A stretch of DNA of 64,000 nucleotides from a virus: IMG/VR virus record IMGVR_UViG_3300044695_002580, positions 32,882 to 96,881 of that record, one strand, 5' to 3'. A model generated the notes under the pieces. It saw only the letters and a list, made by a program, of their open reading frames with translations. It made no database searches and was not told the DNA's origin. The stretch's first letter is position 1. The number at the start of each line of letters is the position of its first letter. Shown here in pieces: positions 8,547-17,888 of the stretch. The position numbers and the translations under genes are program-made.

Positions 8547-9033
8547 CTAATATCCTTTTCTCCCATTCCGCTTCCTGTATTTCCCCTGGCTCAATTAAGC
8601 CAATCTCCATAGCAGAGGCGAAGGCCCCAATAATAGCGGATAAGCTAACAACTTTATATAGCACCTTCATGGTGTCTAGTTCACGCTCAATTTCTTCTTT
8701 GTCATCAGGGTTCCTTTTGACAATCTCATCTACCTGTACCCCAGTAATAACGTCGGCTGCGATATCAGCAATTGCGTGTAGGTAGGGAAGCAGGTACTCA
8801 ATGTTATCTAAACGCAGGTCGCTGTCTTCACGTTCCTTTTCATCACCCTCGGCGCTAGCCTTATTAAGACCAATGAACTCTACTACGTCGTTGGGCTCCC
8901 CTAGTTCCGTATCGTATACGTACCATCTAGCGATAGTGCTTAGGGGAATATCTTTTTTAAAATACTCAATGTCATAAGGCTCTTCGCGTTTGTTAAACCA
9001 CTTACGCATAAAACTCATTTTGCCTCTCCCCAT
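8536..9033 (-). CDS. acidic hypothetical protein
   Basis: 165-aa ORF overlapping polA end. Confidence 0.65.
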   Translation of the reverse strand: MGRGKMSFMRKWFNKREEPYDIEYFKKDIPLSTIARWYVYDTELGEPNDVVEFIGLNKASAEGDEKEREDSDLRLDNIEYLLPYLHAIADIAADVITGVQVDEIVKRNPDDKEEIERELDTMKVLYKVVSLSAIIGAFASAMEIGLIEPGEIQEAEWEKRILDEQ

Positions 9034-10982
9034 CTCTGCACGACAGCAAGGTCTGCTATCAGTGGAATATCTAGTAGGTTGATGCCTTCCATAGCTTCTC
9101 TAATTGCCTCTCTAGTTTCATCAACTAAATTATCAGGAGCTATAGTCACCAACTCATCGTGAACGGTAAGGAGGAGGCTTGCACCTTCTGGTATTAACTC
9201 ATGCGCTCTAATCATAGCAAGTTTCATGATGTCAGCAGCAGACCCCTGGATACGGGTATTGAACGCTTGACGCTCAGCACCAGCACGCTCACCTGGGTTC
9301 CTGCTGTTTATTTCTGGTAAGTAACGCTTACGACCTAGTACGGTGGATACAAATCCAGCCTTTCTAGTAACCCCAATAACCTTGGCTCGATAGGCGCTAA
9401 CGTTCTGGAACTTATCACCGAAGCTACTTAGCAATCCTCTAGCCTCAGTTATCGAACAACCAATTGAACGGGCAATCTTGTCTGGCCCTACGCCGTAGGC
9501 CATAGAAAGAACAAGCACCTTACCTGCTGCACGGTTTACGCCCATGACATCACCTACAGTTGTATAGATATCCCCACCTTCTAGGTAGTTCTTCTTCATA
9601 ATAGGGTCGTTAGACATTGATGCAATAACACGTGGCTCAATCTGTGAGTAGTCAGCAACTACCAGCTTGTAACCTTCTGGAGCGTAGAAGAGGTTTCGGA
9701 TAGCTTTACCATGCGCGGTGGCTGGGTTGGGGACGTTCTGTAGATTAGGGTTACGACTTGAGAATCTTCCTGTCTCCGCTCCGTGCTGGATGAAGTCACC
9801 GTGTACTTTACCGTTGACGAGGAGACTATCTCTATACTCGACCTTTGATTTACCGCCTGTAGTTCTAACAACTTCTCCTCCTAGGTATGGGATTACGTAT
9901 GTGGTTAACAACTTATTAAGGTCTGCATACTCAAGCATTGCCTTAACAAGTGGGTCCTTATCTCTATACGGCTCAAGCGCCTCGGCTGATACGGAGTAGT
10001 CCTCTACGGTTAACTCCTTACCTTCGGCCTCTTTCTTAATACCTTTACCTGTATAAATCTTTGGTTTCAACCCACGACCTGAAGGCTGTGGGGAGTACAA
10101 GAGGTACTGCTTCTCTCTGTTGGAGTTAATATTAAATACAACACCAGCAGTTCTATAGATATCTTCTCTTGCCTTTTCAATGTCTGCTTCTAGTTGAACA
10201 TGTAAAGCAGCCAAAGCATCCTGGTCAATAGGTGCGCCAGCAAGTTTCATATCGCACAGCACTCGTAGAACATCCATCTCTAATGCCATGATGTTCTCTA
10301 CGCCAGCCTTTGCAATCTTTTCTTTAACAACCTTCCATAACATGAAGGTGTACTTAGCATCTAGGTAGGCATACTTAGCAACAATGCTAAATGGGTGAAC
10401 CTCTACCTGAGCACCAACACCCTTCTCCATCTCATAGCCCAACTCACGCTTTAAGCAGTCATCAAGGCCACACTTATTTTTATTACGGTTGTCGTATACA
10501 AAAGAGCCAACCATGGTGTCAAAGTATGGAGTAGCAGGGACCTGACCATCAAAGTATTTGGTGATGGAACAAAGGTCGAATACTAAGTTATGACCAATCT
10601 TTAGCATGTCGCTGAAGAACAGCGGACGCAGTGCAGTAAACACCTCTGCTGGATGTAACTGCTTAGGTGGCTCTGTAAAAACATGTGTGTGTAGCTTTTT
10701 ATTTTTTGAGTAGTCAACGTCATTAAGCTTTAGGCCTTTTTCAGCCTTCTTAGCACCTTGTCCAGTAAGCGGCTTAATAACTTCAGCCAGTTCACCATTT
10801 GGGTGACCTAAAGGAATAACATCACCACGACCATATGTAGCAAAGCTAAGCCACATAATCTCATTAACAACGGACACACCTCTACGTGGTCCAACAGTTT
10901 CGCAGTCAAAAGCAAAGGCATCTTGTTTCAAGTAATAGGCAACCATCTCATCGAGTTGCTCTTTAGTAGTTATTATGTTCAT
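9015..10982 (-). CDS. polA: family A DNA polymerase with 3'-5' exonuclease
   Basis: FDCET, GHNL.FD, YAYLDA exo motifs; TGRFSSRNPNLQN, DYSQIEPR, IQGSAAD, VHDE polymerase motifs. Confidence 0.96.
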   Translation of the reverse strand: MNIITTKEQLDEMVAYYLKQDAFAFDCETVGPRRGVSVVNEIMWLSFATYGRGDVIPLGHPNGELAEVIKPLTGQGAKKAEKGLKLNDVDYSKNKKLHTHVFTEPPKQLHPAEVFTALRPLFFSDMLKIGHNLVFDLCSITKYFDGQVPATPYFDTMVGSFVYDNRNKNKCGLDDCLKRELGYEMEKGVGAQVEVHPFSIVAKYAYLDAKYTFMLWKVVKEKIAKAGVENIMALEMDVLRVLCDMKLAGAPIDQDALAALHVQLEADIEKAREDIYRTAGVVFNINSNREKQYLLYSPQPSGRGLKPKIYTGKGIKKEAEGKELTVEDYSVSAEALEPYRDKDPLVKAMLEYADLNKLLTTYVIPYLGGEVVRTTGGKSKVEYRDSLLVNGKVHGDFIQHGAETGRFSSRNPNLQNVPNPATAHGKAIRNLFYAPEGYKLVVADYSQIEPRVIASMSNDPIMKKNYLEGGDIYTTVGDVMGVNRAAGKVLVLSMAYGVGPDKIARSIGCSITEARGLLSSFGDKFQNVSAYRAKVIGVTRKAGFVSTVLGRKRYLPEINSRNPGERAGAERQAFNTRIQGSAADIMKLAMIRAHELIPEGASLLLTVHDELVTIAPDNLVDETREAIREAMEGINLLDIPLIADLAVVQRWGEAK

Positions 10983-11002
10983 CGCATCCTAAAAATAAGT
11001 GA

Positions 11003-11036
11003 AGGCTGGGGGCGTTGCACGTGTTGCCCCCAGCCT
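11003..11036 (-). terminator. terminator-like hairpin after SSB gene
   Basis: AGGCTGGGGGC/GCCCCCAGCCT 11-bp stem. Confidence 0.6.
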
Positions 11037-11047
11037 AGCACTAGTGA

Positions 11048-11710
11048 TTAAAGAAGGGAATTAGCGATTTCTTCTAGCTCTTCCCATGTGTGCTCCTTAA
11101 TGATGGAGCGTGTGTAAGGCTCAATCTTTGCTACTTCAGCCTCAGCAAAAGCTGGGTCAATGCCCCAGTCCTCTGCAAGGTCGCGAGCCTTGATTGCTTG
11201 TAGGTGGTAGACAGTTTGCTGCATCTTTCCAGTGCGGCTAATAGCCCAGTAGTTCTTAGTCAAAGGTCCCTGTGGGGAGAACTCTGCTGAGTGTAGGGTC
11301 TTATAGAGACGTGGACTTGCAACCAACATCTGACGTACTACGCCTGACGGGGTGATAACTGCGATGGTGAAAGCACGCTTATCTTCAGGCTTGCTTCCGA
11401 GCTTTGTGCACAATGGGTCGTTAGGTCCAAGTGAGACGTAAGACTTCTTGCCAACAGTCTTCTGTTGTAGGAAGTGTTGCTTGTAGATAGCGAAAGGACC
11501 AGTTTGGTCAATGAACTTGATAACGGTGAACTCACCATCACTGAACTTAAACTCAGTTGGGAAGTCACCTGATGCGGTTGTCAGCTGTTCTGCTGCTGCC
11601 CAACCTGATTGAACTGCATTGCTGCTTGGTGTTGCTGGACGGTCATCAACAGCTGTTGTTGAAAACGCGTCTGTTGCTGGCATGTACTCGTCGGTACGGT
11701 CGATTGCCAT
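11048..11710 (-). CDS. probable single-stranded DNA-binding protein (gp32-like)
   Basis: Position before polA; aromatic-rich beta pattern (IKFID..P..Y.QHF, YWAISRTG...T.Y); strong AAGGAG RBS. Confidence 0.6.
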   Translation of the reverse strand: MAIDRTDEYMPATDAFSTTAVDDRPATPSSNAVQSGWAAAEQLTTASGDFPTEFKFSDGEFTVIKFIDQTGPFAIYKQHFLQQKTVGKKSYVSLGPNDPLCTKLGSKPEDKRAFTIAVITPSGVVRQMLVASPRLYKTLHSAEFSPQGPLTKNYWAISRTGKMQQTVYHLQAIKARDLAEDWGIDPAFAEAEVAKIEPYTRSIIKEHTWEELEEIANSLL

Positions 11711-11738
11711 AGGGCATTTCTCCTTAGTTTCGTTTGAT

Positions 11739-12203
11739 TCATAGATTAAGCTCGGCGGACTTTATGTTCTGCCAAGCCTCAGCGATTGCGTTAGTCAATT
11801 GCTGGTTAGGCCATTGTATCCTAGTTTTATCTAGGAGTCCAGCCTTTCCAAACAGTTCTACTATCGCATCAATTTGAGCACGTGAGTATAACCTACGCCC
11901 TCTCATCTTTTCGCCATTTTTTGTTTCTTTATCAGATAGGCGATATGGAGCCTGAGGTATGTACTCTTGTTTAATCCAGTAACGGATTGTTACAAGGGGC
12001 CTACCTAGTGCCTGTGCCAAAGCACCCACCTGATAAAACTCGTGTAGTTCTCCAGAAGGAAGTTTTCTAAACACAGCGTTGGATGTCCAGTCGGAATCAT
12101 CTTTTACTGCGCGTTTGTTTTTTGGTTTGGTCTCTCTACGCTTTTTCTTACTACCTGGATAGTAAGTATCTAGGTCAGAGAATAGGTTATCAATCTCGTC
12201 CAC
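11739..12203 (-). CDS. MerR-like HTH DNA-binding protein
   Basis: YQVGALAQALGRPLVTIRYW..IP...RRLYS. Confidence 0.72.
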   Translation of the reverse strand: MDEIDNLFSDLDTYYPGSKKKRRETKPKNKRAVKDDSDWTSNAVFRKLPSGELHEFYQVGALAQALGRPLVTIRYWIKQEYIPQAPYRLSDKETKNGEKMRGRRLYSRAQIDAIVELFGKAGLLDKTRIQWPNQQLTNAIAEAWQNIKSAELNL

Positions 12204-12597
12204 TACTCTTACCTACAATAAATGCGTAAGAAACTTTTGGTGGGAACATAGTATCGATATCTTCTTCAGTAAGGTGTCCGTTATAAAACGCAGCCATAAT
12301 TGCTGACTCATCTAATGTTGGAACCATCTTAATGCACGTATCTTTAATACCCTTTTTACTAAGGATAATCTCTGCTGCATTGATATCAAGGTTTTTAGTT
12401 ACGCGCTTCTGTTTCATAATCTGTTCTGCATCTTCTACTGCAAGAACGATATGTCCGCGCTCATCTTCAGTACCGAACTCGTCAATACTTTCTGTTAATC
12501 TTTTTTTAATCTCTGCTTGACGCTTTGTAAGCAGGTCGACATTATCTTTCAACGCCTTAAACTGGCGTATGTCTTCTTTGATGGCATCTGTGTTCAT
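12190..12597 (-). CDS. hypothetical protein with N-terminal coiled coil
   Basis: 135 aa, first gene after a sigma70-type promoter. Confidence 0.7.
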   Translation of the reverse strand: MNTDAIKEDIRQFKALKDNVDLLTKRQAEIKKRLTESIDEFGTEDERGHIVLAVEDAEQIMKQKRVTKNLDINAAEIILSKKGIKDTCIKMVPTLDESAIMAAFYNGHLTEEDIDTMFPPKVSYAFIVGKSSGRD

Positions 12598-12626
12598 AAG
12601 TTTCCTAACGTTTAGCTGTTAGGTAG

Positions 12627-12655
12627 AACTTAATGGATGACTAGACGGCTGTCAA
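12627..12655 (-). promoter_or_regulatory. sigma70/SigA-type promoter
   Basis: TTGACA-N17-TAAGTT on minus strand upstream of the SSB/polA/recA operon. Confidence 0.75.
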
Positions 12656-12656
12656 G

Positions 12657-12800
12657 TTACTTTGCGTTATTAGCCTTTACGCCACGGTAGCCAGTTTTTT
12701 TCTTATTCATAGAGCCTGGCTTTTTGTAACCTGAGCCGTTTGGCGCAGCTGCTTGACGTTGAGCTAGCGCCTTAGCAATCTTATCTAGGTGCTTTCCCAT
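12657..12800 (-). CDS. small basic protein (not in ORF track)
   Basis: Hand translation, 47 aa: MGKHLDKIAKALAQRQAAAPNGSGYKKPGSMNKKKTGYRGVKANNAK; abuts upstream stop. Confidence 0.6.
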   Translation of the reverse strand: MGKHLDKIAKALAQRQAAAPNGSGYKKPGSMNKKKTGYRGVKANNAK

Positions 12801-12950
12801 TTAATTATCTACTTTAATATAATCTTCAAGGGCTTCGATAATAATGCTGGTCACTGTAACCTTTTCAGCTGCAGCTTTCTTCTGGACCGCTGTCCACAGC
12901 TGGTCTGATACGCGAATAGTACGCGTAGGAGTCTTAGGTGAGTTAGGCAT
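12801..12950 (-). CDS. ribbon-helix-helix (Arc/CopG-like) regulator (not in ORF track)
   Basis: Hand translation, 49 aa: MPNSPKTPTRTIRVSDQLWTAVQKKAAAEKVTVTSIIIEALEDYIKVDN; RxIRV strand plus two helices. Confidence 0.8.
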   Translation of the reverse strand: MPNSPKTPTRTIRVSDQLWTAVQKKAAAEKVTVTSIIIEALEDYIKVDN

Positions 12951-12992
12951 CCTATAAGTGTACATGCCCAACGATTATCGTTGGGTGTAAAG

Positions 12993-13063
12993 CTCCCCCC
13001 CATGGATTCGAACCACAATTAGAGCATCCAGAGTGCTCTGTCCTACCGTTAGACGAGAGGGGA
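12993..13063 (-). tRNA. tRNA-Gln(CTG)
   Basis: Cloverleaf: TCCCCTC/GGGGGGA acceptor, GAGCA-CT-CTG-GA-TGCTC anticodon arm, TTCGAAT T-loop; no encoded CCA. Confidence 0.9.
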
Positions 13064-13064
13064 A

Positions 13065-13140
13065 TGGAGCGGTTGACGAGGCTCGAACTCGCGACCTGCA
13101 CCTTGGCAAGGTGCCGCTCTACCAACTGAGCTACAACCGC
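13065..13140 (-). tRNA. tRNA-Gly(GCC)
   Basis: GCGGTTG acceptor, GCACC-TT-GCC-AA-GGTGC, TTCGAG T-loop, encoded CCA. Confidence 0.95.
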
Positions 13141-13144
13141 ATCG

Positions 13145-13217
13145 CTGCCCCACCTGGACTCGAACCAGGGACACTCGCATTAACAGTGCGATGCTCTGCC
13201 AACTGAGCTATGGGGCA
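13145..13217 (-). tRNA. tRNA-Asn(GTT)
   Basis: TGCCCCA/TGGGGCA acceptor, TCGCA-CT-GTT-AA-TGCGA, TTCGAGT; no encoded CCA. Confidence 0.93.
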
Positions 13218-14807
13218 TTAAACGTTGGCGTTCGTCAGGTAGGACCTGAGGCTGTCAACGGTCATGGATATCTTATCACCATCTTCAATGCCCTCGCCGT
13301 CAATGATGGCGTTGGCTACAGAAGACTTTTGTTGAAGCATCTCGTGCTGGCGCTCTTCAATAGAGCCAGAGATAATTAAATCTTGAATTACGATTGAGGG
13401 CCAGGTAGAGGACGCTCTTTGGATTCGGCCATTCCTTTGCGTCGCACTGCCTGAAGACCAAGGGAGGTCATAATTGATAAGCAGATTAGCAGCAGGAAGG
13501 TCCACACCGTAGCCCCCAGCGTCAGAACTAATAAGTACGCGTACATCGGGATTAGTATTGAAGTCAATTTTGTTACGTTCTTTAGTTTTAGCATCTAACC
13601 TCCCAGAGTACTTGCGACAAATTTCAGGACCTAAAGCTTCTTCAACCATATCTAACATATCAACATAGGTAGCAAATATAACAACCTTGTTATCGTCGCT
13701 TTGGTCTAAGAACTCTTTAACATATTGCGTTAGGTAATCTAATTTAGGTGAGCGGTTGCACCCGTCTAAAGCACCAGTATCTACGAGCTCTGCAATGTAT
13801 GAAGAACCCTCTCCACTCATTAGTTTAAACTTTGTAGCACTAGTCTTTAATAAGTCTGGGTGAGAGCACAGCATCTTGAGTGCGCCAATCTTGGACATGA
13901 TGCGACCGCGCATCTCATCCTCAGGACCACCACGACGAGACTCCATACCGTAGTGAGCCATGATGTTGAAATTAGAACCAAAAAGCTCGTGCGCCTCATC
14001 AAGGTCAGATAGTAAGTCTTGACCTATGCGTGTGTATAACTTGGATGATGCCCTGTCAAAAACAATATGCATAGGGTCTTTGTGAATTGTATCTGGAAGA
14101 TACGGTGCAACATCTGGGTCCTTCTGTGCCTTACGTACAGAGGCTTCCTTCATCTTAGTGTGAAGAGTAGATAGGTTGCGGTAGTACTGGGGCGCTCCCC
14201 AAGAGTTTCTTACGATAAAAGCAGCGTCAAAGATATCAAACCTACCAAGTACGCTGGCGTCAACGAACTGCATAATGCTATACAGCTCTTCAGGCTTGCC
14301 ATTTTCAATCGGAGTACCAGTGAGTGCAAATCTATACGGCGCATTGATTAACTTCTTTACTGCTCGGGAACGTTTGGATTTGAAGGACTTAATGGCTGTG
14401 GCTTCATCGAGGACAACGAATCCTCTTGGTAGGTCTTTGATGGTATCCCAGTCATTAACAACCTGCTCGTAGTTAAGGATGATGTAATCAATCCCCGTAT
14501 TCCGCCAGTCCATAGCTTCGGCGTACTGCTCTGCTCTTTTCTTTGGCGTTCCATCAATAACCAAAGCGCGTGAAGTTCCACCTGTGAATTTCTCAATCTG
14601 TCCAGCCCATTGGTATTTCAATGAGGATAGACAAATTATAAGACCAGGCTCTTTTACTTTCTTGGTATCCATCAGCCTTTCTATAGCGGCGATGGTTAAC
14701 ACGGTCTTACCTAAACCCAGGTCGTAGGCAACTAGAACCCTCCCGCGCTCGCACATCTTGTCGACGGCTTCGGGTTGGTAAGGTAGAAGGGTGCCAGTAA
14801 ATGTCAC
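13218..14807 (-). CDS. SNF2-family helicase
   Basis: DLGLGKT, VLDEAT, LTGTP, AGGYGVDL, QRNGRIQR. Confidence 0.9.
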   Translation of the reverse strand: MTFTGTLLPYQPEAVDKMCERGRVLVAYDLGLGKTVLTIAAIERLMDTKKVKEPGLIICLSSLKYQWAGQIEKFTGGTSRALVIDGTPKKRAEQYAEAMDWRNTGIDYIILNYEQVVNDWDTIKDLPRGFVVLDEATAIKSFKSKRSRAVKKLINAPYRFALTGTPIENGKPEELYSIMQFVDASVLGRFDIFDAAFIVRNSWGAPQYYRNLSTLHTKMKEASVRKAQKDPDVAPYLPDTIHKDPMHIVFDRASSKLYTRIGQDLLSDLDEAHELFGSNFNIMAHYGMESRRGGPEDEMRGRIMSKIGALKMLCSHPDLLKTSATKFKLMSGEGSSYIAELVDTGALDGCNRSPKLDYLTQYVKEFLDQSDDNKVVIFATYVDMLDMVEEALGPEICRKYSGRLDAKTKERNKIDFNTNPDVRVLISSDAGGYGVDLPAANLLINYDLPWSSGSATQRNGRIQRASSTWPSIVIQDLIISGSIEERQHEMLQQKSSVANAIIDGEGIEDGDKISMTVDSLRSYLTNANV

Positions 14808-15040
14808 AGGGGTAGCTCGTTGACTCTATCTTTAGACCAATGAATGTAAGACCTAACGTATACAACAGCATAGGCAAGAGCAGCAACAATGAATCCGTAT
14901 TGCTCAGTTGTTACTGCATAGATAATCCATAGGCACTCATTAAAAAGAAGTAGAAGCCAACCCCAAATAGCCTTTCGTCCTACAAAAAATATACCTGTAA
15001 CACCAATTGTGGCTAATACCCAAGACCAATACTGCATCAT
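14804..15040 (-). CDS. small multi-TM membrane protein (PnuC-like)
   Basis: 78 aa, three hydrophobic segments, GRK..WGW...W..Y pattern. Confidence 0.55.
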   Translation of the reverse strand: MMQYWSWVLATIGVTGIFFVGRKAIWGWLLLLFNECLWIIYAVTTEQYGFIVAALAYAVVYVRSYIHWSKDRVNELPL

Positions 15041-15573
15041 CTTAAATCCCGCATCCTTACAGCAATAGTTGTTTTTAGGTCCTCTATTGTACCTGCATTA
15101 AAGAAGGTCTGGTCATACTTCCAATTATCCATCTCGGTCTCTGACACATGCCCATTGACCGCCTCTACCCCAGGCCGAATAACACGCCATATCTGTGAGT
15201 TAGGAATTAGTTTAATAGCTTTAGCTTCGTTAATAAATCTAACATCAGTAACAACAAAATCTTTTTGAATACTATCTCTATTTAAATTTACAGTCTGTCG
15301 CACCCAGAAGTCCTCACCAAATAGGTCTCTAGCTCCCAAGCCTAAGTTCTGTAATAGAGTTCGTATCTCTGGAAATTCAACCTTTGCCCTGTCCCATCCG
15401 TAAGCATCTACAACACCTTTAACTCTGTAGCCTTCTTTAACAATAGGGTTCATCTGATACAAAAGCTTACGTATAGGGTCAGCAAACGCAAGACGAGTAA
15501 ACCCGTACTCGGATAGATAGTTAGCCACAGTGTCTTTTCCTGACTGTGCGTAGCCAGATAGTCCAATAATCAT
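15037..15573 (-). CDS. deoxynucleoside monophosphate kinase
   Basis: IIGLSGYAQSGKDT, FADPI, R.LLQ.LG, VTDVRF.NE, HVSE; start at ATG 15573. Confidence 0.88.
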   Translation of the reverse strand: MIIGLSGYAQSGKDTVANYLSEYGFTRLAFADPIRKLLYQMNPIVKEGYRVKGVVDAYGWDRAKVEFPEIRTLLQNLGLGARDLFGEDFWVRQTVNLNRDSIQKDFVVTDVRFINEAKAIKLIPNSQIWRVIRPGVEAVNGHVSETEMDNWKYDQTFFNAGTIEDLKTTIAVRMRDLR

Positions 15574-15764
15574 TCGTGCTCCTCTGGGCAACACTCTTTG
15601 CATGCCCTAATTAAAGTGGGTGAACCTCTTAATGCTTCCCAATGGTCTGCAGTAGGCTTATCACAGAACGAGCAGTACTTAGCACGCTCTTTGTTATCTG
15701 CTGCGACCTTTTCTAGATAATCGCGCAGAGGACCTGCATCCATCCACTTAGCACTGCTGCTCAT
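15570..15764 (-). CDS. small zinc-finger protein
   Basis: CSFC...CKEC; ATGA overlaps on both sides. Confidence 0.6.
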   Translation of the reverse strand: MSSSAKWMDAGPLRDYLEKVAADNKERAKYCSFCDKPTADHWEALRGSPTLIRACKECCPEEHE

Positions 15765-16681
15765 GGCATGAATCCTAGTATGTGTCTAGCGTTTTGCAAA
15801 CCCCACTCTATTTCCTTACGAGACATGCCGCCCACATCTTTCTGGTCAGTCTGTGAGTAGTTAAAAAACCAAGACGATAGTCCAATATCCATGGCTTTAA
15901 ATCGTAAGTCTTCTGTACAAGCCCGACCAGCATCATCATTATCTAACGCAAAGATAGGTCTGGTTGCCCCTCTAATCATGCTCCACTGAGTATCAGAGAC
16001 AGCGCAACCATAAGTAGCCACCCCACCCTGGATGCCAACCGACGCTAAGCGGATAACATCTAGTGGAGACTCAACAACAATCATGTCTCCACCTTTGTAG
16101 TGCTCATACCCAAATAGGGCTTCACTCTTTTTAACTCCAGTGGTGTTCTTAAAGAACCTAGTCTTCTGACCCTTCTCTTGCCAACCTAACAACTTGTTAG
16201 TCATAGGGTCTCTGATGGGGATAATCCAGTTGCCTTGGTTAGAGTTCCATTTAACACCGTACTTAGCTACTGCCTCAGGTAATAGACCTCTACTCAAAGA
16301 AATGTCTTGTGGTACCTCTTTGAAAGCGTGAAGCATTGACTCATGGATTGGGGCGTACTCTTCTTTCTTAGGTTTATCGCCTTCAATCAGTTGCTTGATA
16401 CGGGCGGTAAGCCTGTCAACAGTTAAATCTATATCTGTTATAGCATCAGTGCTACCACCTAAGTATCTAACTAAAGTTTGTAGGCCACCTTTCCAGTGAC
16501 AAGAAAAACAAATAAATAAACCATTCTCACCATTAATCCAAAATGATGGGTTATTGTCTTCTTTTCCTGTACGTTCCTTGTGAGCAGGGCAGTGCAGTTG
16601 TATCTCGCTGTTTCTTATTGATACAACCTTTAGACCTAGAACTTCTAGAGTGTCCTCAATGCTAGATGTCATTTGAGTCAA
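15761..16681 (-). CDS. dnaG: DNA primase (Zn finger + TOPRIM)
   Basis: CPAH...PSF...CFSC; VVESPLD; LDND.AG. Confidence 0.88.
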   Translation of the reverse strand: MTQMTSSIEDTLEVLGLKVVSIRNSEIQLHCPAHKERTGKEDNNPSFWINGENGLFICFSCHWKGGLQTLVRYLGGSTDAITDIDLTVDRLTARIKQLIEGDKPKKEEYAPIHESMLHAFKEVPQDISLSRGLLPEAVAKYGVKWNSNQGNWIIPIRDPMTNKLLGWQEKGQKTRFFKNTTGVKKSEALFGYEHYKGGDMIVVESPLDVIRLASVGIQGGVATYGCAVSDTQWSMIRGATRPIFALDNDDAGRACTEDLRFKAMDIGLSSWFFNYSQTDQKDVGGMSRKEIEWGLQNARHILGFMP

Positions 16682-17888
16682 TCTCCCTAAAGGTACCTGT
16701 GCTCCAATCCCAGATAAGCGATATCTCCATACGTCCAGAGTTACGGCTTTCTAGCACCTTCAAGATACGAGTGTCGTCTACGTTTTCGTCTTCACGCTGT
16801 AGACCAAAGATAACGTCAGCATCCTGATGGAAGGAAGATGAATAACCGATTGAGTCAGCAGTTACTTGACCCTTACGCATCTTCCAGTTAAGTACCTGAG
16901 TTGTAATAACTACAGGAACTTTGTACTTCTGTGCCATGCGCTTTAGGGAACGAGTGATATTAGTAATGGCCTGCGGAGTATTGGCTTCACCAGTCTGCTC
17001 ATCAATCATCAAGTACACACCGTCGATAAATACAATCTCTGGGTGCAACACTGATAACTTGCTAGAAATACCAGAGACTGTTGAACCATTAGCGGAGTCA
17101 ACCAACCAAAACGGTTTACGCATGTTCTCCATAGAACGTAGCTTTGCTTGGTATCTTGCTTCTTCTTCTTGGTCAAGCAAACCATTGATAAGACGTGTGT
17201 GAGAGATGCGTGCTCGCATAGCATCGTAACGAGTCTGCTGTTCGTGGTTACTCATTTCAAATGATTGGAACATAACAGACTTATCTTGTAGGTGAACGTT
17301 CTGTGCAAACTGTAATGCAACTGTTGACTTACCAGTTTTAGGTGGAGCAACAATCACAATCAACTGACCAGGTTGTAGACCACCAGTAACTTGGTCAACG
17401 CTAGGGAACCCTGTTGCTGTTCCAAGTAGACCTGGGTTGTTCTTACGGAAGGTGTACTCATCCCAACGCTTCTGTGGTTCATCAATAAGGTTTACATCGC
17501 TGGTCTTACCTAGGCCGTCCTCTTCTAAACCAATGATGCCAGCCTGAACTATACGCAGTCCCTCTTCGTGGTCTTTAGTAGCACCAAATGTAGTAGCTGC
17601 AGACTCAATCATCTTTAAGAATGAAGAGGAACGTCGTGCAGCAACAACGCTGTCAATTAAATACTCTAGGGCGTCAGGAGACTCATGCTGTTTCCATGAT
17701 GGGAAGTTCTGCGTTACTACATCAAGGCTTGGGCACTCTGCATACTTAGAAAAATGGTCGCGTACAAAAACCCATACACGTCTTACTTCACCATCTACAA
17801 ACCATGCGTCTTTAACACCACGGTCAAATAATGGGGCGAGGTCGCGGCTCTCTAATACTTTACTTAATAGTCGTAGTTCGTTGTTCAT
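16662..17888 (-). CDS. dnaB: DnaB-like replicative helicase
   Basis: GGLQPGQL..APPKTGKS, FEMS, FIDG.Y, QDAD, SRNS. Confidence 0.92.
   Translation of the reverse strand: MNNELRLLSKVLESRDLAPLFDRGVKDAWFVDGEVRRVWVFVRDHFSKYAECPSLDVVTQNFPSWKQHESPDALEYLIDSVVAARRSSSFLKMIESAATTFGATKDHEEGLRIVQAGIIGLEEDGLGKTSDVNLIDEPQKRWDEYTFRKNNPGLLGTATGFPSVDQVTGGLQPGQLIVIVAPPKTGKSTVALQFAQNVHLQDKSVMFQSFEMSNHEQQTRYDAMRARISHTRLINGLLDQEEEARYQAKLRSMENMRKPFWLVDSANGSTVSGISSKLSVLHPEIVFIDGVYLMIDEQTGEANTPQAITNITRSLKRMAQKYKVPVVITTQVLNWKMRKGQVTADSIGYSSSFHQDADVIFGLQREDENVDDTRILKVLESRNSGRMEISLIWDWSTGTFREIDSNDI

Noticed and set aside
12993-13217. tRNA genes as a prophage attachment site
   Set aside because: Phage genes continue on both sides; no integrase or duplicated tRNA 3' end in the window
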